The position numbers and the translations under genes were made by a program. From contig OZ244906.1 in assembly GCA_965221655.1 (NCBI GenBank), positions 2,608,009-2,672,008 on the forward strand: 64,000 nucleotides of DNA. Direction: 5' to 3'. Positions within the stretch are counted from its first letter, which is position 1, and each line of letters starts with the position of its first letter. Of the stretch, positions 18,366-29,000 are shown piece by piece. Under the pieces are notes generated by a model. The model made no database searches and was not told where the DNA came from. It saw only the letters and a program-made list of their open reading frames with translations. Source of the DNA: a bacterium (GTDB lineage Bacteria > UBA8248).

Positions 18366-20147
18366 CTAGGCGTAGTCGTAGAATCCCTTGCCCGTCTTTC
18401 TGCCGAGCCAGCCCGCCGCGGTCATCCGGCGCAGGATGGGTGGAGCGTAGAACCTGGCTTCGCCCAGTTCTTCGGCCATCGAATCCGCGACGAACGTCTG
18501 CACGTCCACCCCCACCAGGTCGATGAGGGTAAGCGGCCCCATGGGGTGCCCCAGACCCATGCGGATGGCCTTGTCCATGCTCTCCCTGTCCGCCAGCCCG
18601 TCGTCGAACGCCTGCGCGGCGTGGTTGAGATAGGGCACGACGAGGCGGTTCACCAAAAATCCGGGCCTGTCCTTGGCGAAAATCGGCGTCTTGCCGATGC
18701 GCTCGCAGAACGCGATTCCGAACTGGGTGATTTCAGGGGCCGTCTGCACCGCCTCGATCACCTCGACGAGCCGCATGGCGTAAGGGGGGTTGAAGAAATG
18801 CAGGCCGAGCACGCGCTCGGGGTGCTTCGTTTTGGCGGCCATGGAGGTGACGGGAAGACACGAGGTGTTCGAGGCGAGGATGGCGTCGGGCCTGACGATC
18901 TCCGCGATTTTCTCGAACAGTGCGAGCTTGGCCTCGAGGTTTTCCACGATCACTTCGATGACGAGGTCGCACTCCGCCAGTTCATCCAGTTCGGTCGTGC
19001 CGTGCAGGCGGTCGAGAGCCTCGCGTTTTCGGTCCTCCTCCATCTTGCCGCGCTTGACTGCGCCCTCCAGATTCGCGCGAATCCGTTGCAGACCGGCCTC
19101 CAGGAGTTCGGGGTTCGCCTCGATGGCGACGACTTCGAGCCCCGATGCAATGCAGACCTGCGCGATGCCCGAGCCCATGGCGCCGATTCCGATCACCCCG
19201 ACTTTTCGAACCGCATCGGCTATGGGTCGGCCCTCCGACACGTCGCGCTCCCGCTCCGCGTCCACTTCGGGTTCGGCCACGCCGAACACGCCCGCGGATC
19301 GGTAGGTGTAAAACCCCTTGCCCGTCTTCGTCCCCAGATGGCCCGCGTCGATCATGCGGTCCACCAGCGGCGGAGGAATGTACCTGGGGTCCTTGAGTTG
19401 TTCGTACATCGAGAGAGAGACCGTGCGGTGAATGTCGAGCCCCTCGATATCGAGCAGGCGCATGGGCCCCATCTTGTAGCCCAGGCCGAGCCGTACGCCC
19501 GCGTCCAGGTCCGCCGGCGTGGTGTAGCCCGACTCGATGAGGCGAATACAATCGTTTTGAAACGCCACGAGGAAATAGTTGAGCACGAAGCCGGGCGCGT
19601 CCTTCACGACGACGGGCGTCTGGCCCACTTCTTCGAGAAAGGCCGTCGTCGCGCCCAGGGTCTCCTCGCTGGTGAGCAGGCCGGGGGCGACCTCCACGAG
19701 CTTGTTGAGTGCGGCAGGCAGGCAAAAGTGCATGCCGACCGTCCTGTCCGGCCGCCCCGACGCTGCCCCCATGTTCGATATCGAGAGCGTGCTGGTGTTC
19801 GAGGCCAAAATGGCGTTCTCGTCCAGCACTGCGTCGAGGTTTCGAAGCAGAGCGTTTTTTTCGGCCTGGTTCTCCGTGATGGCCTCTATCACCATGTCGC
19901 ATCCGGCCATTGCGGAGAGCGACTCAGCCCGGTGAATGCGGCCGAGAACGGCGTCCCTTTCCTCTGGTGAGGTCTTGCCCTTTTGCACGCCCGCGTCCAG
20001 AAACGCGCGAATTCGGCCCATGCCCGCTTCCATGGCCGCAGCGTCGACCTCGAACACGCTCGTTTCTTTGCCGCCTCTGGCACATACGATGGCGATGTTC
20101 GACCCCATCGTCCCCAAGCCGACGACGCCGACTTTCTTGATGCCCAT
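18366..20147 (-). CDS. 3-hydroxyacyl-CoA dehydrogenase family protein with two tandem complete HBD-like units
   Basis: Two copies of the GxGxMG Rossmann motif (VGVVGLGTMG and VGVIGIGAMG). Each is followed by the S/N..S catalytic region and a 3HCDH C-terminal domain. 593 aa. Confidence 0.85.
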   Translation of the reverse strand: MGIKKVGVVGLGTMGSNIAIVCARGGKETSVFEVDAAAMEAGMGRIRAFLDAGVQKGKTSPEERDAVLGRIHRAESLSAMAGCDMVIEAITENQAEKNALLRNLDAVLDENAILASNTSTLSISNMGAASGRPDRTVGMHFCLPAALNKLVEVAPGLLTSEETLGATTAFLEEVGQTPVVVKDAPGFVLNYFLVAFQNDCIRLIESGYTTPADLDAGVRLGLGYKMGPMRLLDIEGLDIHRTVSLSMYEQLKDPRYIPPPLVDRMIDAGHLGTKTGKGFYTYRSAGVFGVAEPEVDAERERDVSEGRPIADAVRKVGVIGIGAMGSGIAQVCIASGLEVVAIEANPELLEAGLQRIRANLEGAVKRGKMEEDRKREALDRLHGTTELDELAECDLVIEVIVENLEAKLALFEKIAEIVRPDAILASNTSCLPVTSMAAKTKHPERVLGLHFFNPPYAMRLVEVIEAVQTAPEITQFGIAFCERIGKTPIFAKDRPGFLVNRLVVPYLNHAAQAFDDGLADRESMDKAIRMGLGHPMGPLTLIDLVGVDVQTFVADSMAEELGEARFYAPPILRRMTAAGWLGRKTGKGFYDYA

Positions 20148-20332
20148 GAACCTCTCCTTTGGTTTGCCGTGCTGGCTCGTCTTGCTTGCCCGGTGTTTGA
20201 CGCTTCAGATGGTCTTCGTCTTGTTTCCGGCGATTCCCGGAAGAAGAACGTCCGTTTCGGCGACATCTGCGCAAGTACCCCTTTGTAGGCTTCGCGCCGA
20301 AGCGTTGTCAATCCGGCCTTGCCGGATCGCAG

Positions 20333-20719
20333 GTGTGGTTTATGATTGTTCGCGCCATGAATATGCCGCGCGAGAAGCTGGAGAAAATTATCGAGAGCGC
20401 AGCGCGCAGAGGCGAGCCCCTCTCGCTGGCGGGAGAAGCGCTTGCCTGGGCGAACCTGGGTGGGCGCGATCTCACAAACGCCGACCTCAGGGGGGCGAGC
20501 CTCGTGCGCGCGAACCTCGTCGGGGCCGATTTGTCCGGCGCGGACCTAAGCGAGGCGGACTTGCGAAACGCGGACCTCGACGAGGCCGTGCTCAGGGATG
20601 CCGTCTTGCGCGACGCCGACGTCGCGGGCGCGAGCTTTCGGGAGGCGGACCTGACGGGCGCGGACATCGAGGGGGCGAATTTCGACGAAGCCATCATCGA
20701 GGGTGCGCGTTTCCTGTGA
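20333..20719 (+). CDS. pentapeptide-repeat protein
   Basis: About 15 consecutive A(D/N)LxG/A pentapeptide repeats (ADLRGASLVRANLVGADLSGADLSEADL...). The start codon is uncertain: GTG at 20333 or ATG at 20357/20363. Confidence 0.7.
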   Translation: MWFMIVRAMNMPREKLEKIIESAARRGEPLSLAGEALAWANLGGRDLTNADLRGASLVRANLVGADLSGADLSEADLRNADLDEAVLRDAVLRDADVAGASFREADLTGADIEGANFDEAIIEGARFL

Positions 20720-20737
20720 AGGGTGGGTGGCGCGCGC

Positions 20738-21913
20738 TCAGGAGGCGTTGCACGTGAGAAGCGCTGCCATCTTCCGCAGGCCGATGGCCTCTATGCCGCT
20801 TGCCGCGGGGTAGTGCTCCTCGCTCACATGGACGAGAAAGGCGCGCTCGGGCTCTATATCCTCGAGAGCGCTGTAGAAGCCCCTCGCGGGGGCGGCAGAG
20901 AGACTCCGCTTGATCTCCACGGCCCACGGCCCGCTCGTCCCGGGAATCTCGAGCACCAGGTCGATCTCCGCTCCTCCCGCCGTGCGGTAGAAGCTCGCCC
21001 GGGTGCGAGGGGGGGCGACGGCGAGCAGGTTCTCGATTACGAAGCCCTCCCAGCTTGCGCCGACCACCGGATGACCCGCCAGTGCGTCGTAGTTCCCCAC
21101 GCCGAGCAGGGCGTGGAGGAGGCCGCTGTCGCGCACGTATACCTTGGGCGACTTGACGAGCCGCTTTTTCACGTTCGCGTGGAAGGGCGGCAGCCGCCGG
21201 GCGAGGAGGAGGCCTACCAGCAGATCAACGTATCGCGTCGCCGTCGGAGCTCTCATGGAGAGATTCGCGGCAAGCTTCGATGCGTTGAGAATCCCGCCCT
21301 GGTAGTGGGCCAACATGGTCCAGAACCGATCCAGCGTCTCCGCCGGTATGCGCGGACCCAACTGCGGAACGTCGCGCTCGAGATAGGTGCGAATGAAATT
21401 GCGCCGAAAGGCGAGGCTGTCGTCGTTCTCGGCCAGGAAACTGTCCGGAAAGCCGCCGCGCACCCATAGGTTCGTCATGTCGCGAGCGTCGAGAGCTGCC
21501 TCTCCTGCGTCGAAGGGGTTGAGCTCCACGAACTCTATGCGCCCGGCGAGGGTCTCGCCCGACTGCCGCAGCAAATCGGGCGAAGCCGACCCCAGAATCA
21601 GGAAGCGACCCCTGCCCTTTCCCTGCCTTCTCCCCCGGTCGATGAGGCCGCGTAACTCCTGGAACAACTCCGGCACGCGGTGAATCTCGTCGAGGATAAC
21701 GAGACGGTCCGCAAACTCCTCGAGATACAGGGCGGGCTCGACGAGCTTGTTCCGGTCCGCACGGGACTCGAGGTCCAGATAGATTGCATTGGTGCTCTTG
21801 GCGATCTCCAGAGCGAGCGTTGTCTTGCCGACCTGGCGCGGACCGAGCAGGGCGACGGCGGCTTGGCGGCCGAGCGCATCGCGTACGTTTTTATGTGCGC
21901 GTCGAGTAATCAT
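20738..21913 (-). CDS. AAA+ ATPase with a DUF4143 C-terminal domain
   Basis: Walker A GPRQVGKTT, Walker B LVILDEIH, then a C-terminal region typical of the widespread ATP-binding protein / DUF4143 family. Confidence 0.75.
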   Translation of the reverse strand: MITRRAHKNVRDALGRQAAVALLGPRQVGKTTLALEIAKSTNAIYLDLESRADRNKLVEPALYLEEFADRLVILDEIHRVPELFQELRGLIDRGRRQGKGRGRFLILGSASPDLLRQSGETLAGRIEFVELNPFDAGEAALDARDMTNLWVRGGFPDSFLAENDDSLAFRRNFIRTYLERDVPQLGPRIPAETLDRFWTMLAHYQGGILNASKLAANLSMRAPTATRYVDLLVGLLLARRLPPFHANVKKRLVKSPKVYVRDSGLLHALLGVGNYDALAGHPVVGASWEGFVIENLLAVAPPRTRASFYRTAGGAEIDLVLEIPGTSGPWAVEIKRSLSAAPARGFYSALEDIEPERAFLVHVSEEHYPAASGIEAIGLRKMAALLTCNAS

Positions 21914-21989
21914 CCATGTAAATTAAATCTTATATTTTTAATTTGCAAGGATAAAATCAATTTAACTGCGTAAATTAAAAATTATATTT
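21908..21989. repeat. two about 30-bp AT-rich direct repeats (GTAAATTAAATCTTATATTTTTAATTTGCA and GTAAATTAAAAATTATATTTTTAATTTGCA) separated by a 22-bp spacer, in a low-GC intergenic region
   Basis: Read directly: the copies at 21908..21937 and 21960..21989 differ at 2 positions. The surrounding 190 bp are under 35% GC. Confidence 0.6.
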
Positions 21990-22118
21990 TTAATTTGCAT
22001 AGTTAATGTGAATAAAAAGAGAAAATACTGGTAAGGAAAATCTTCGCCCCGAGGCCTAAGAGGTACCGCGTTGAGCCGTTTCGGGTACTTCCTCTTTCTT
22101 GCGGGACGTCGCGGTCGC

Positions 22119-23720
22119 CTAGTCGAATACCGTATCGTCGTAGTGGGCGGCGTCCACCACCGCCTCGATGACGGTCGGCCCCTGGGCGTCGAAGGCCTCC
22201 TTGAGCGCGCGCGCCAACTCCTCGGGCGTTCGCGCACCTACGGCGGGAACGCCGAAGTAGTGTGCGGGCGGATCGCGGTAAGCCTCGGCCTGGAGTTCGG
22301 TTCCGTAGCGCCCGAAGGAGCGCCTGTCCTGCTTGACCTGGATGAGCGAGAGCCACCTGTCGTCCAGGACGACGATGGGGATGGAAAGCCCCATGCGCTT
22401 GGCGACCGCCACCTCGCCGCACGTCATCTGGAAGCAGCCGTCTCCGATGAGCGCGACGACGGGCTTTTCGGGGTGCGCGAGCTTCGCGGCGATGGCGCCG
22501 GGAAGGCCGAACCCCATGGAGGACCACCCGTTCGTGATCAGGAAGGTGCATGGCTCGTGGACGTCCCACTGGCTCGCGATCTGGTGGGTGTGCGCTCCCA
22601 CGTCGAAGGAGAGGATGCCCTCTTTGGGCGTCGCTTCGCGCACCACGTCGATTGCCTCGTGAGCGGCGAAATGGGGGCTCGGGGGACGCAGGGCCTTCTG
22701 GAATTTCGCTTTGTGGCGCAAGGCGGTGTCGGAGGGCCATTCGTAGGGGCCGGGGGTAAAGTCGTTCATGCGCTTGAGAGAAGCGTCCAGATCGCCGACC
22801 ACTTCGTGGGCTATCCGGACGGAGGAGTCCGCGTCCACGGGATCGATGTCGACGCTCACGAGGGGGACGTCCTTGATCCACTGCTCGTATTCTACCTCGA
22901 CTACGTCATAGCCGATTCCGACGATGAGGTCGGCACTCTGCAAGAACTCCCTCTGCACCTGCCGCTTTCCGCGCTCAATACAGCCGATGGAGAGTTGATG
23001 GTCCTCGTCGATCATCCCCTTCGCCATGGTGGTCGAGGCGAAGGGCAGTTTGTATCTCTCCACGAAATCGCGCAGGAGCGCGGGGTTTTCCATGCGCATG
23101 GTTGTTGACCCGAGAACGGCGACCGGCCGCTTGGCGCGTTGCAAAAGTTTTTCGAGTTCTTCGAACGCGGCATCGGGTGCGGGGCGCGGCCGTCTGCCCT
23201 GGGGAATCGGGGGAACCTCCTCGGTAGCGGGCGCGAGGGAGACGTCCTCGGGCAAGTCGAGGTGTACGGGCCCGTGCGGTTCGCTCAGAGCGAGACCCAG
23301 GGCTTCTTCGAGCACGGGGCCGACGCGGCCCTTTCTCAGGGGGAGGCTCGCCTTGCTGATGGGGCGGTACAGGGTGTGGTGGTCGATGTACATCTGGATG
23401 CGGCGTCCCAGTTGGTGGGTGTGCAGATTGCAGGTAAGCGCAATCAAGGGAGAGCGATCCAGATAGGCGTTGCCCACTCCGGTCGAGAGGTTCGTGGCAC
23501 CGGGACCCAGCGTGGCGATGCAAAAACCCGGTGCGCCCGTGAGGCGGCCCATCACGTCGGCGGCGAAGCTGGCGGAACCCTCATGCGCGGTGAGGACGAA
23601 CGTGATGCCCCCCTTGCGCATGGCTTCGAGCATGGGCAGCACGTTTCCGCTCGGAATACCGAAGCAGTGGGTGACTCCCGCTTCTTTCATGGTCTTGACG
23701 AACAGGTCCGCGTTGTTCAT
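22119..23720 (-). CDS. thiamine pyrophosphate-dependent enzyme, acetolactate synthase-like (large-subunit type)
   Basis: N-terminal TPP_enzyme_N domain, a central domain, and a C-terminal TPP-binding motif GDGCFQM...N. 533 aa. Confidence 0.85.
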   Translation of the reverse strand: MNNADLFVKTMKEAGVTHCFGIPSGNVLPMLEAMRKGGITFVLTAHEGSASFAADVMGRLTGAPGFCIATLGPGATNLSTGVGNAYLDRSPLIALTCNLHTHQLGRRIQMYIDHHTLYRPISKASLPLRKGRVGPVLEEALGLALSEPHGPVHLDLPEDVSLAPATEEVPPIPQGRRPRPAPDAAFEELEKLLQRAKRPVAVLGSTTMRMENPALLRDFVERYKLPFASTTMAKGMIDEDHQLSIGCIERGKRQVQREFLQSADLIVGIGYDVVEVEYEQWIKDVPLVSVDIDPVDADSSVRIAHEVVGDLDASLKRMNDFTPGPYEWPSDTALRHKAKFQKALRPPSPHFAAHEAIDVVREATPKEGILSFDVGAHTHQIASQWDVHEPCTFLITNGWSSMGFGLPGAIAAKLAHPEKPVVALIGDGCFQMTCGEVAVAKRMGLSIPIVVLDDRWLSLIQVKQDRRSFGRYGTELQAEAYRDPPAHYFGVPAVGARTPEELARALKEAFDAQGPTVIEAVVDAAHYDDTVFD

Positions 23721-23735
23721 GGAAAACCTCCGGCT

Positions 23736-24767
23736 TCAGGATGACGAACGGCGATGGACGTTGACGAGATCCTTGAGCAGGGCGGCGGCGGCGCCCAGCG
23801 GGTCGCTCTTTCCGCCCACAACGGTTACGCGGTCCATCGTGTCCGTCGTGTAGGTGATTCCCTTCTCCGCTCCCTCCACGCCCGCCAGGGGATGGTCGGC
23901 GGCGAGCGCCTGCGGGGCGACCCGGGCCGAGACGCGCCCCTGTTCGTCGCGTTTGGCGACGCCCACGAGGCGCAACACGTTTCCGCGCGCACTCGCTGCG
24001 CGCACCTCTTCGAGGGAGATGCCCGCAATTCCCGTACGAGCGACGTCTTCGGGGTTCAACTCCGCGTCCATGCAAACGTTGGCGATGAGCGCCAGCTTGT
24101 TCGTCGTGTCGAAGCCCTCCACGTCGAGCGTGGGGTCGGTCTCCGCGATACCCAGGGCTTGCGCTTCGGCGAGAGCCTCCTGGTAGCTCTGCCCGCGCGT
24201 TCTCATCCTTGAGAGGATGAAGTTTGTCGTTCCGTTCAGCACTCCCTCGACCGCGAGGATGCGCGTCCCGGCGAGGCAGGTTTCGGCTACGTCGATGGTC
24301 GGCAGTGCGGCCGCGGCCGCTGCGGAGATCTTGAGGGCGGCGCCCTTCTCCTGTGCGAGAAGGGTCAGTTCGCGATAGGCGCGGATGAAAGGTCCCTTGT
24401 TGGCGCTCACGACGTGCATCCCCCGCGCCAGGGCCGTGCGTACGTGGCCCAGGGCGGGTTCGCCCGTGCGCACGTCGGTGGGCGTCGTCTCCACGAGGAG
24501 GTCGGCCCGCGCGGAGTGGATGAGGTCGATCCCCCGCCAGTCCGCCTCCAGGTGGGGGTGGCCCGCAAAGCCGCCCTCGCGCTCGAAGGCCGCGGCTGTC
24601 GCCGGCCCGTCGAGTCCATCCGGGTGGTGGAGGCTCCCGGCGATCTCGCCCACGCCGACGATGATGGGCGCCAGGCCGTAGGCGGAGCGCAACGCGCTCG
24701 CCTTCTCCCCGAGAAGTCGCGCGAAAGCGCGTCCCACGCGCCCGAAACCGCACACAATGACTTTCAT
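23736..24767 (-). CDS. homoserine dehydrogenase family protein
   Basis: N-terminal NAD-binding motif VIVCGFGRVG and a homoserine dehydrogenase catalytic domain (NGTTNFIL, DxxGxDxxxK-like). The start is set at MKVIV, ATG at 24765-24767. Confidence 0.75.
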   Translation of the reverse strand: MKVIVCGFGRVGRAFARLLGEKASALRSAYGLAPIIVGVGEIAGSLHHPDGLDGPATAAAFEREGGFAGHPHLEADWRGIDLIHSARADLLVETTPTDVRTGEPALGHVRTALARGMHVVSANKGPFIRAYRELTLLAQEKGAALKISAAAAAALPTIDVAETCLAGTRILAVEGVLNGTTNFILSRMRTRGQSYQEALAEAQALGIAETDPTLDVEGFDTTNKLALIANVCMDAELNPEDVARTGIAGISLEEVRAASARGNVLRLVGVAKRDEQGRVSARVAPQALAADHPLAGVEGAEKGITYTTDTMDRVTVVGGKSDPLGAAAALLKDLVNVHRRSSS

Positions 24768-24973
24768 CTCTTTGGACAAGGACCGTCCTTCTCGGTTGGG
24801 AGAACGCGGAAAGCGCGGGACCCGAGGATTTTTCATGCCACGCATGGAGACGATCCGTCAACCTCAGAGTCCGGCCGCGGCGGCATCTCGTTGCCGAGCG
24901 GGGCGAACTATGAGAAATCTGTACGTATACCAAAAGCGTTTTCACGACCGCGCAGGCGCGAGAAGGGGAAGAT

Positions 24974-25939
24974 ATGCCGGATTTGGACTTGACGGCCGCA
25001 TTCGGGGATTACGACAGAACCAACGTTCTCAAGATGGGCTCGGTGCGGCCGCAGGGCGTGAACCTCCGGGTGCTCTCCCTGCCGCCATCGGAGATATTTT
25101 TCCGTATGTGCAGATACCAAGAGTTCGACCTCTCGGAAATGTCCATGGGAGCGCACATGTTTCTGCTCGGTGCAGGCGAGAGCCCCTTCGTGGGGATGCC
25201 CGCTTTTCCGAGCCGTGTCTTTCGCCACTCCATGGTCTACGCCAACACGGACGCAGGCGTGGAAGAGGTCGCAGACCTCAACGGCAAGCGCATAGCGATT
25301 CGCGAGTGGGGGATGACGGCGGTCGTGTGGATAGTGGGCATTCTGGCCGAGGAGTACGGCCTGGAGGTCGACTCCGTGGACTGGGTGGCGGCCATCGAGC
25401 CGCGCGTGCCGATACCGATGCCCGCAGGGGCGCGCATCCGCTACATGAAGCCCGGCCAGACGATATCGAACATGCTCGAATCCGGCGAGGTGGACGGCGT
25501 GCTCATCCATCAGGTGCCCGCTTGCTTCGCCGCAGGCTCCCCGCGCGTCAAGCGCCTCTTCCCGGACTACAAGGCCGCCGAGATCGCCTATTACGAAAGA
25601 ACGGGCATTCACCCCATGATGCACTGCGTCGTGCTGCGGCGCGACGTGTATGAGCGCAATCCCTGGGCGCTCGGGTCGGTCTACGAGGCCATGTGCGCGG
25701 CACGCGAGCAAACGCTCGAGGCACTTTCGGACAACGGCGCGCTCTCGGCCATGATTCCGTTTCTGCCGGCGGCCGTCGACGAAACCCGCGAGATATTCGG
25801 TCCGGATTTCTGGCCCTACGGCGTGGAGGCGAACCGCAAAGCACTCGAGAAGCTCCTCTCCTACGCCCATGCGCAGGGTCTTACGCCCGCGTTGCTGGAA
25901 GTAGATGACCTCTTCGGCGCAAGCGTGTTGGACACCTAG
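24974..25939 (+). CDS. 4,5-dihydroxyphthalate decarboxylase-like protein (NMT1/THI5-like periplasmic-binding fold, no signal peptide)
   Basis: N-terminal GDYDRT...G.V.P.G pattern and a length of about 320 aa, as in the PhtD-like family. Confidence 0.55.
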   Translation: MPDLDLTAAFGDYDRTNVLKMGSVRPQGVNLRVLSLPPSEIFFRMCRYQEFDLSEMSMGAHMFLLGAGESPFVGMPAFPSRVFRHSMVYANTDAGVEEVADLNGKRIAIREWGMTAVVWIVGILAEEYGLEVDSVDWVAAIEPRVPIPMPAGARIRYMKPGQTISNMLESGEVDGVLIHQVPACFAAGSPRVKRLFPDYKAAEIAYYERTGIHPMMHCVVLRRDVYERNPWALGSVYEAMCAAREQTLEALSDNGALSAMIPFLPAAVDETREIFGPDFWPYGVEANRKALEKLLSYAHAQGLTPALLEVDDLFGASVLDT

Positions 25940-26014
25940 AATGCGTGCGTGTTCCCTGCGCCGCGTTTTCAGGCCTTGCGCCTTTTCGTAAAGACATAGC
26001 TCCTCGTCCGTGAG

Positions 26015-29000
26015 ATGGAAACTCCAATGGCGTCGGCTCCCAAGACCTTGCTTGCCGCTCCTTTTCATCATTTGGAGCCGCTCCTGGCCGCGCGGGTGCG
26101 GCGGCTCGGCGGGGGAGACCCCCTGGCGCACCGCCGCGTCGTCGTCATCTCGAACCGGCTGCGCGATCACGTTCAGAGGGTGCTCGCCCGCGCGGGCGGT
26201 TTCGCCGGGGTGTCGGTTCTGGCGATGCTCGATCTCGCGCGTGAGGTGGCAGACACCCCCGTCGGCAGTCTCGCGTCGATGTCCCCGGTGGTCGCCGAGG
26301 TGCTGGCGGAGCAAGTACTCGAAGACGCACGGGGGGAGCTGGCCTTTTTTCGCTCCGCCGCACGGGGCTACGGAAGAAGCCTCTACGCCACGCTGACGGA
26401 CCTGAGCGAGGCGAACCTCTCGCCCGACGCCTTGGAGAAATTAGCGCGCGACACGTCGGGTGCGGACGCAGCGAGGTGTGCGGATCTGGCGCTTCTCGCA
26501 CGGCGTTTCGAGGGTGCGATGTTCGCGCGAAATGCCTGCGACGGCCCTCTCCTGTTCCGGATGGCGTGCGAGGAGGCCGAAGCCGCTCCTCCGTGCGTGC
26601 CCACCATCTTCTACGGTTTTGCGGAGATGAACGCCCTGCAGTGCAGGCTGGTGGCGGCGGTGAGCCGCAGGGCGGAGGTCCATGCCCTGGTGCCTGCTCG
26701 GCCCGAGGCGCCCGCCTGCGCGCACGCTGTGCCGCTGCTCGAGCGGTTTCAGGAGATGGGCTTCGTGCGTGAACAAGTGCGGGATTGCGAGGCGCGGCCG
26801 CTCTCCGCAGTGGCGGACGCCTTGTTCTCGCGCGGTATGCGGGCCGAACCGCCGCCCGAGGGTGCGCTGCGCATCGTCTTGACCTCCTCCCCGGGCCGGG
26901 AGGCGCGCGAGGTGTGTCGGGAGATGTTCGCGGCCAGAGCCGAGGCGAAAGGGGCGGACGCTCTATGCGTGTTGACGACCGACGGGAATCGCTACCAGAC
27001 CCTGTTCGAGGAGACGTGCGCGGTGCTGGACGCTCCGTGCCGCACCGAGGAGCCGGGGGCGCTATCCGCAGCGCCTGCGGGGCGTCTGTTTCTCTTGATG
27101 CTTGATTTGAAAGCGAGGGGCTACCCGCGTGCTGGGTTGATGCGCTTTCTGGGCGAGGGTGGCTTCGCGCGCTCAGCGACGTTTCGGGAGATGACGCGCG
27201 CGCATGGGCTGGAAAACTTGGCCGAAGGCTCGCTCCTTGCCTCCCGGTGGGAGTTTTTCTCGAGAGAATTGCCTTACGTGCGTGGCCGCGCCGCCTGGCT
27301 TGCCGCGTTGTCCTCGGCATGTGGCGAGTTGCAAGAAGAAGACGAGGAATATCCGGTTGCGTATTCGCTCGCCGTGGCGCTGCCCGAGGTTTTCGGGCTG
27401 CTTGAGAAAATACCCGAGCACGCCGCACCCTCTGTGTTCGCCGGCGCGGCGGCGGAGGCCTTTGGGGCGACTACTTGCGACGTGCAGGGCAGCAAGCAAG
27501 TCGAAGAACTCCTCTTCTCCCTCGTGCATTTGGACGACATTCTGGCCGAGGTGACGCACGAGGAGTTTTGCGCGTTGTGCGAGCGGTTTCTCGAGAAGAC
27601 GCCGGTGCGCGACGCAGAGCGGGGGACCGCGCACCTGGCGAGCCTCTCCTCCATGCAGGGTGCGCGCGGGTTTTCCTTCGACACTGTCGCCGTGGCGGGT
27701 ATGACGGAGGGCGTGTTTCCTCCCCGGGGGGCGGAGGATCCCCTCCTGCCCGACGCCCTGCGCGAGGAGATAAACCGCGCCGCCGCGCGTGTTTTCGGAG
27801 AGGGGGTGGCGACGCTTCCCCTCAAGAAAATCCGCGAGCGCGAGGCGCGTTTTCAGTTGTGGACGATTCTGCAATCGGTTCGCGGGCGCTTGATTCTCTC
27901 GACGCCGGGTCTGGATGAGGATTCCGCAAGGGAGGATGCGTCTTTCCCGAGTCCTTTTTTCGACTATCTGGCCGAGACGCTCGAGGGGAGTGCGGAGCGT
28001 GTCTTGGCCCCGCTCGCCCGGAGCGCAGGCGCCCCTGCAAACTACGTGCACACGCTCGAGTACGATCTCGCACGCATTGAGGAGCAGATCGAAAAACCGG
28101 AGGCGGGCAGCCTCGCCTACCTGAATGCCTTCCCCGGCTTTGCCCGCAGGCGCGCCGCCCTGGCCGCGCGGTGGCGCGAGGGCGTTCTGACGGCCCATGA
28201 CGGATTGTTCGCCTCTCCCGACCTGCGCGATGCGATTCTGGCGAGAGTCCGCCCGCCCGCCGAAGCGATTGGGGTCACCTCGCTGGAGGGTTTCTTCGGC
28301 TGTCCCTATCGCTTCCTCTACGCCCGCCTCTATCCGCGTATGAAGCGGCGCGAGGAGCCCGCTCCGCCCCTGGCTGCCGATGGTTTGCTTCGGGGCGAAT
28401 TGGCGCACGCTGTTCTGGAGGCGCTTCACCGCAGATTGCTGGAGGCGGGCTGCGGGTTTCAGGAGATGGACGAGTCGACCCTCTCTGGCGCACTTGAGCA
28501 GGCGATTCGCACGGTCATGCACGAGAAAACACAACAGACGGGAGCGCCGCTCCTGCTTTCCCTTCCCTGGGAGGCGCTTGCGGGCGAGTTGCGCCGCCGC
28601 TTGTTGGATTACCTGAAAAGCAGGCGCGCGCAGGGTGCGGGCTGGCAGCCCGTGTGCGTCGAGGAGCGCTTTGGCACAGAGGCCGCGCTGCCCATGTGCA
28701 TACCCCTGGAGGGAGGAGAAATTTCTCTGGCCGGGAAGATAGACTTACTCGAGCGCGGCGCGCAGGGCGCATACCGGGTGGTCGATTTCAAGACCCTAGG
28801 GGGCAAGGGCAACGTTCCGTCAAAGAACGAGCTGCTCAGCGGCGGCGCGCGGCTTCAGCTCCACCTCTACGCGCGGCATCTGCTGCGCGAGGGCCACTTG
28901 CCTGCGGACGCCCGCGTGGGCGGCGTCTACGTCTACCTCACCGAGGAGGGAACCATCGAGCGGGCACGCGCGCATGAGGAGCTCGAGGAGGAGCGGGGGC

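Noticed and set aside
18546-19970. 474-aa plus-strand ORF
   Set aside because: Antisense to the tandem 3-hydroxyacyl-CoA dehydrogenase gene.
26145-27428. 427-aa minus-strand ORF inside addB
   Set aside because: Shadow ORF. Extremely Arg/Pro-rich.
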